Assembly: GCF_050704245.1 (NCBI RefSeq)
Contig: NZ_CP077585.1
DNA: 32,000 nt
From: Escherichia coli O111:H8
Lineage (GTDB): Bacteria; Pseudomonadota; Gammaproteobacteria; Enterobacterales; Enterobacteriaceae
Direction: 5' to 3' (one strand)
Shown: piece by piece, positions 28,062 to 32,000 of the stretch
Layout: each line of letters opens with the position of its first letter
Position numbering within the stretch: the stretch's first letter is position 1
The notes under the pieces: model-generated
Databases searched by the model: none
What the model was told of the DNA's origin: nothing
Seen by the model: only the letters and a program-made list of their open reading frames with translations
Made by a program: the position numbers and the translations under genes

Positions 28062-29258
28062 ATGATACTTGTTGCCAAATTGTTCATTACAAACCAGATA
28101 GGAGAATCTCTCATGATAAATGGACTTAATAATGACTCCGCATCTTTAGTTTTAGATGCTGCAATGAAAGTTAATTCTGGGTTTAAAAAAAGCTGGGATG
28201 AGATGTCATGCGCTGAAAAGTTACTTAAAGTACTTAGTCTTGGTTTATGGAATCCAACGTACAGTCGTAGTGAAAGACAATCATTTCAAGAGTTGTTAAC
28301 CGTTTTAGAGCCTGTATCTCCACTTCCCAATGAATTAGGCAGAGTATCTGCTCGTTTTTCAGATGGCTCATCCTTAAGAATTTCCGTCACTAACAGCGAA
28401 AGTATTGAAGCCGAGATTCGCACACCAGATAATGAAAAGATTTTTGTGCTCCTAGAGTCAAACGAACAAAATAGGTTATTACAATCTTTACCCATCGATC
28501 GCCACATGCCATACATTCAGGTTCATCGTGCCTTATCTGAGATTGACCTGACTGATACTACCTCAATGCGCAATCTACTTGGTTTTACGTCAAAACTATC
28601 AACAACCTTGATTCCGCATAATGCTCAAACAGATCCGCTTTCCGGGCCTACACCATTCAGCTCTATCTTTATGGATACATGTCGAGGACTCGGCAATGCA
28701 AAGCTTTCACTCAATGGTGTTGATATACCTGCAAATGCACAAATGTTGCTTCGCGATGCACTAGGACTTAAAGACACACACTCATCACCTTCCCGGAATG
28801 TTATAGATCATGGTATTTCTCGCCATGATGCAGAGCAAATAGCAAGAGAAAGCAGCGGCAGCGATAATCAGAAAGCTGAAGTTGTGGAATTTTTATGCCA
28901 TCCAGAAGCAGCAACGGCCATATGCTCGGCTTTCTATCAATCTTTCAATGTGCCAGCCTTAACGTTGACACATGAAAGGATCTCTAAAGCCAGTGAATAC
29001 AATGCGGAAAGATCGTTAGATACACCTAACGCTTGCATTAACATAAGTATCTCTCAATCATCAGATGGAAACATTTATGTTACCAGCCATACCGGGGTTC
29101 TGATAATGGCGCCAGAAGACCGCCCCAACGAGATGGGCATGTTGACGAACAGGACTTCTTATGAAGTGCCGCAAGGTGTGAAATGTACAATCGATGAAAT
29201 GGTAAGAGCGCTACAACCAAGGTATGCTGCATCTGAAACGTACTTACAAAACACTTAA
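28062..29258 (+). CDS. espG: EspG (Rorf2), VirA/EspG-family effector
   Basis: 398 aa, MILVAKLFITNQIGESLMINGLNNDSASLVLDAAMKVNSGFKKSWDEMSCAEK...; a better SD-supported start may be 28113 (see findings). Confidence 0.96.
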   Translation: MILVAKLFITNQIGESLMINGLNNDSASLVLDAAMKVNSGFKKSWDEMSCAEKLLKVLSLGLWNPTYSRSERQSFQELLTVLEPVSPLPNELGRVSARFSDGSSLRISVTNSESIEAEIRTPDNEKIFVLLESNEQNRLLQSLPIDRHMPYIQVHRALSEIDLTDTTSMRNLLGFTSKLSTTLIPHNAQTDPLSGPTPFSSIFMDTCRGLGNAKLSLNGVDIPANAQMLLRDALGLKDTHSSPSRNVIDHGISRHDAEQIARESSGSDNQKAEVVEFLCHPEAATAICSAFYQSFNVPALTLTHERISKASEYNAERSLDTPNACINISISQSSDGNIYVTSHTGVLIMAPEDRPNEMGMLTNRTSYEVPQGVKCTIDEMVRALQPRYAASETYLQNT

Positions 29259-29385
29259 AATAAAACTTTATTAATCAAAACCAATAATAGAAATTACACC
29301 CACAATTATTAACAATTCACCCTGAAGTTAATTACAATTAAACAAAGATATTTGTTCTGCAAACAATTTACAGTAAATAGAGAAA

Positions 29386-30204
29386 ATGAAAAGAAAACCA
29401 TTAATTTCATTTTTCATTGCGATATTTATTATGCTAACCATATTAATATTATTTCCATTTAATTGTACTTACAAAAAATCACCTCAAGAACACTCACTTT
29501 CATTTATAAAACAATTACCAAATACGGTGAACTTATCATCTCTTACTTATAATAAAGAGGATGATTTCCTGTATGCCACCCAGAATAGCCCTGCACAGCT
29601 ATTTAAAATAACCAAAAGTGGCGACATCATGGACAGAGCCCCGCTGCCTTTTATCTCTGATGCTGAAACAATTGAACACATACAAGGGAACATTTTTGCT
29701 GCAGTAGACGAAAACACTTCTGAACTATTCTTTTTTACAGTTACAAAAGATATGCATATCTCCTTTCGAAATAAAATTCAGTTAGAAAAATTCAATAAAA
29801 AGAATAGAGGATTTGAAGGGCTGGCATGGAAAGCAGATGATCGGATGCTGTTTGTCGCAAAAGAAAGACGCCCAAGTAAAATATTTATATATCAACTTTC
29901 TCCAGACCTGCTGAGTGTAAAGCAAGCAACTATTCCAGAGGAACTAAATGATATACGTATTAACGATATATCCGGCCTGGCCTTTAATAATGAAAGTCTG
30001 ATGATTCTGTCCGATGAATCGCGTAACTTACTCAAGTTTAACCTGACAGAGATGTCTTTCATTGAGATGCTTGACCTGACAAAAGGAAATCATTCTCTGA
30101 CCAGTGATTTGCCCCAACCTGAAGGAATTGTAACTCTGTCTGATGAAAGCATTTATGTTGCCAGTGAACCTGATATCCTCGCGAAATTTGTCCCTAATAA
30201 GTAA
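29386..30204 (+). CDS. Rorf1, predicted exported/membrane-anchored SdiA-regulated-like (beta-propeller) protein of the LEE
   Basis: 272 aa with N-terminal TM, MKRKPLISFFIAIFIMLTILILFPFNC..., and propeller-like repeats; adjacent to espG as in other LEEs. Confidence 0.85.
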   Translation: MKRKPLISFFIAIFIMLTILILFPFNCTYKKSPQEHSLSFIKQLPNTVNLSSLTYNKEDDFLYATQNSPAQLFKITKSGDIMDRAPLPFISDAETIEHIQGNIFAAVDENTSELFFFTVTKDMHISFRNKIQLEKFNKKNRGFEGLAWKADDRMLFVAKERRPSKIFIYQLSPDLLSVKQATIPEELNDIRINDISGLAFNNESLMILSDESRNLLKFNLTEMSFIEMLDLTKGNHSLTSDLPQPEGIVTLSDESIYVASEPDILAKFVPNK

Positions 30205-30333
30205 GTCTGTCACTGGCATTATTATTTATCGACCAAATCTGGCAATCTCATAAAGTTATAAAAATACGAGTATAATTTTACGCTAAAATAAACACATTAA
30301 TAGCTGAAAAGGACATCAGCTATTATCAACCAG

Positions 30334-30677
30334 TGGATTTGCCCCTATATTTCCAGACATCTGTTATCACTTAACCCATTACAAGCCCGCTGCCGCAGAT
30401 ATTCCCGTGGCGAGCGATAACCCAGTGCACTATGCGGATGCCATTCGTTATAATGCTCGAACGCCTCTGCAAGGTTCTTTGCTGCCGTTAACCCGTCTGG
30501 TTTGGGCATGATACTTATGTAATCACGCTTTATCGTTTTCACGAAGCTCTCTGCTATTCCGCTACTCTCCGGACTCCGCACTGCCGTGTTCTTCGGTTCA
30601 AGTCCCAACATCCTGGCGAACTGACGTGTTTCATTCGCCCGGTAGCATGAACCATTATCCGTCAGCCACTTGTTCTT
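30334..30677 (-). pseudogene. Right-end fragment of IS2 with the C-terminal part of InsD
   Basis: End sequence TGGATTTGCCCCTATATTTCCAGACATCTGTTATCACTTAAC at 30334. Minus-strand translation [108 protein letters not shown]. The 5' part is missing; the inner boundary is approximate. Confidence 0.9.
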
Positions 30678-30735
30678 GCCCCCTTATTTCCAGACAACCA
30701 ATATCACTTAAATAAGTGATAGTCTTAATACTAAA
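30678..30735 (+). mobile_element. Short IS2 left-end fragment in inverted orientation relative to the neighbouring right-end fragment
   Basis: GCCCCCTTATTTCCAGACAACCAATATCACTTAAATAAGTGATAGTCTTAATACTA resembles the IS2 left end. Confidence 0.7.
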
Positions 30736-30753
30736 TAGCTGTGCCTAATACCG

Positions 30754-31785
30754 CTACACTTTTGCCTGTCCATAATTACCTCCGGGGAATGGGCTGACGG
30801 TTCCCATAAAATGGTGAATCTTTTTCAGCAACTACCACATTGAACGGCACTGATGGTTGTGCGTTATTGTGTCGTGAAGCGCCTGCCATAGCCGTTCAAC
30901 GTGATTCACCCATGGAGAGTAAACCAGCTGATAAATCACCCTGAACTTCGGATTCTGCTTCAGCCAGCGCTGTGTTTCCCGGCTTTTGTGGATGATGTAG
31001 TTGTCCACGATGAGCATGATAGTTTTAGACCGTCGGTATGTCGATTTCAGGTGTTTCAACAGACTGATAAATAAAGTGGAGCTCTTGCTGTTGCCACCCA
31101 CATAACTCACTTTTCCCGTTCCGCTGTGTAACGCGCCAGCCAGATAATATTTTTCATTCTGACCCGGCGTCACCACGTGTTTTTGCTGTCCGCGAAGCTG
31201 CCAGCCCGCACCGATTTTGGGATTAGGGTGGATATCCACTTCATCTTCATAAAATACCGGATGCTCTGGGCTGCATTCGTCCAGTGCTTTATGAATTGCC
31301 ACCATCTTTTCATCTTTATGCGGGTCACGGATACGCAGAGTTGGCGCTGCTCTGCGCCACACCAGCCCCGCAGACGACAACCAGCGGCGCACGGTTCCGG
31401 CATGTAACTGACATCCGGTTATCTCATTGATTTTTATTGCCAACAGTTCTGTGCTTCAGCGTGAACGCTGGTAGCCAAAGTCGCCAGGAGAATGTTTTAC
31501 CAGCTCACGTAACAGTGTACAGATATGTTCAAATGACCAGCGGCGGGCACGCCCGGCGGGTAATGATTTCAGTCCATCAACACCCGACTGTGTGAACCAG
31601 TTAATCCAGCGCCCGACAGATGAACGGGCGAAACAGAGCGTTCTGGCAACGTCACTGACGCGAGCGCTCCGGTGCAGCATCAGCATGGCGGTCAGCCTGC
31701 GGGCATAATTTTTATCGTGAGTTTTATAGATTGCTTTTTGCATCAGGCGTCATTCGTCGCGGGGAATTGGTGCTATGATCGGCAT
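30754..31785 (-). pseudogene. IS630-family transposase broken by three in-frame nonsense codons
   Basis: A single reading frame of 344 codons from ATG 31785 to TAG 30754-30756, interrupted by TGA 31750-31752, TGA 31456-31458 and TAG 30832-30834. DDE region HPVFYEDEVDIH...IMLIVDNYIIHKSRE. Confidence 0.88.
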
Positions 31786-31884
31786 CGCTCAGTCCGGTTA
31801 GGGGGGGATTTTTGGCGATTGATCAGATCGCACAATCCGGGCTGAGTTCCCTTTCATTGATCTACTATTCGGCGCAGCTATTTA

Positions 31885-31991
31885 GTTGGTGATTTTGAAC
31901 TTCTGCTTTGCTACTAAGCAGCCTGCGTTTTCAGGAAAATACGTGATGTGATCCTGCAACTCAGCAACAGTTCGGTTGATTCAACAAAGCG
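31885..31991 (-). mobile_element. 5'-end remnant of an IS903/IS102-like (IS5-family) element
   Basis: On the minus strand GCTTTGTTGAATCAACC end-like sequence, then GTA GCA AAG CAG AAG TTC AAA ATC ACC AAC TAA. This is the AKQKFKITN transposase start, with no ATG/GTG start codon and an immediate stop. Confidence 0.65.
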
Positions 31992-32000
31992 TTTTTTAAC

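Noticed and set aside
30832-31443. Treating the two IS630-family pieces (30832-31443 and 31456-31743) as separate genes or a programmed frameshift.
   Set aside because: Both are in the same frame and separated only by a TGA, and further stops occur at both ends; nonsense decay explains it better than frameshifting.
1-32000. CRISPR arrays, toxin-antitoxin, retron or other defence systems.
   Set aside because: No regularly spaced repeats with unique spacers, no reverse transcriptase, nuclease or toxin-like genes. All sizeable ORFs are explained by the LEE T3SS or insertion sequences.

Overview
The window is most of a locus of enterocyte effacement (LEE) pathogenicity island: a type III secretion system with intimin/Tir adhesion, as found in attaching-and-effacing Escherichia and Citrobacter. 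From left to right I recognise etgA (truncated by the window edge), grlR-grlA, the LEE2 operon on the minus strand (espZ/sepZ-escI-escJ-sepD-escC-cesD), the LEE3 operon on the plus strand (cesL-escV-escN-escO-escP-escQ), espH, cesF, map, LEE5 (tir-cesT-eae), escD, LEE4 (sepL-espA-espD-espB-cesD2-escF-escG) and espF. These are followed by an ERIC repeat, a complete 1258-bp IS3 sitting inside an older IS3-family remnant, espG, rorf1, and a graveyard of IS2, IS630-family and IS903/IS102-like remnants. The system is well described, so I do not claim a new one. The best leads are: espG/rorf1 at the espF end of the island (canonical E. coli LEEs have them upstream of ler); an in-frame Met-Ser-X minisatellite in EspF ahead of four proline-rich repeats; a 6-codon leader ORF with a good Shine-Dalgarno sequence overlapping the grlR start; hairpin clusters in the grlA-cesD gap and the LEE2/LEE3 divergent promoter; a poly-G tract between tir and cesT; and an IS630-type transposase with three in-frame nonsense codons. 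Family names rest on recalled protein sequences and gene order. No database search was run, and the species is not assigned.
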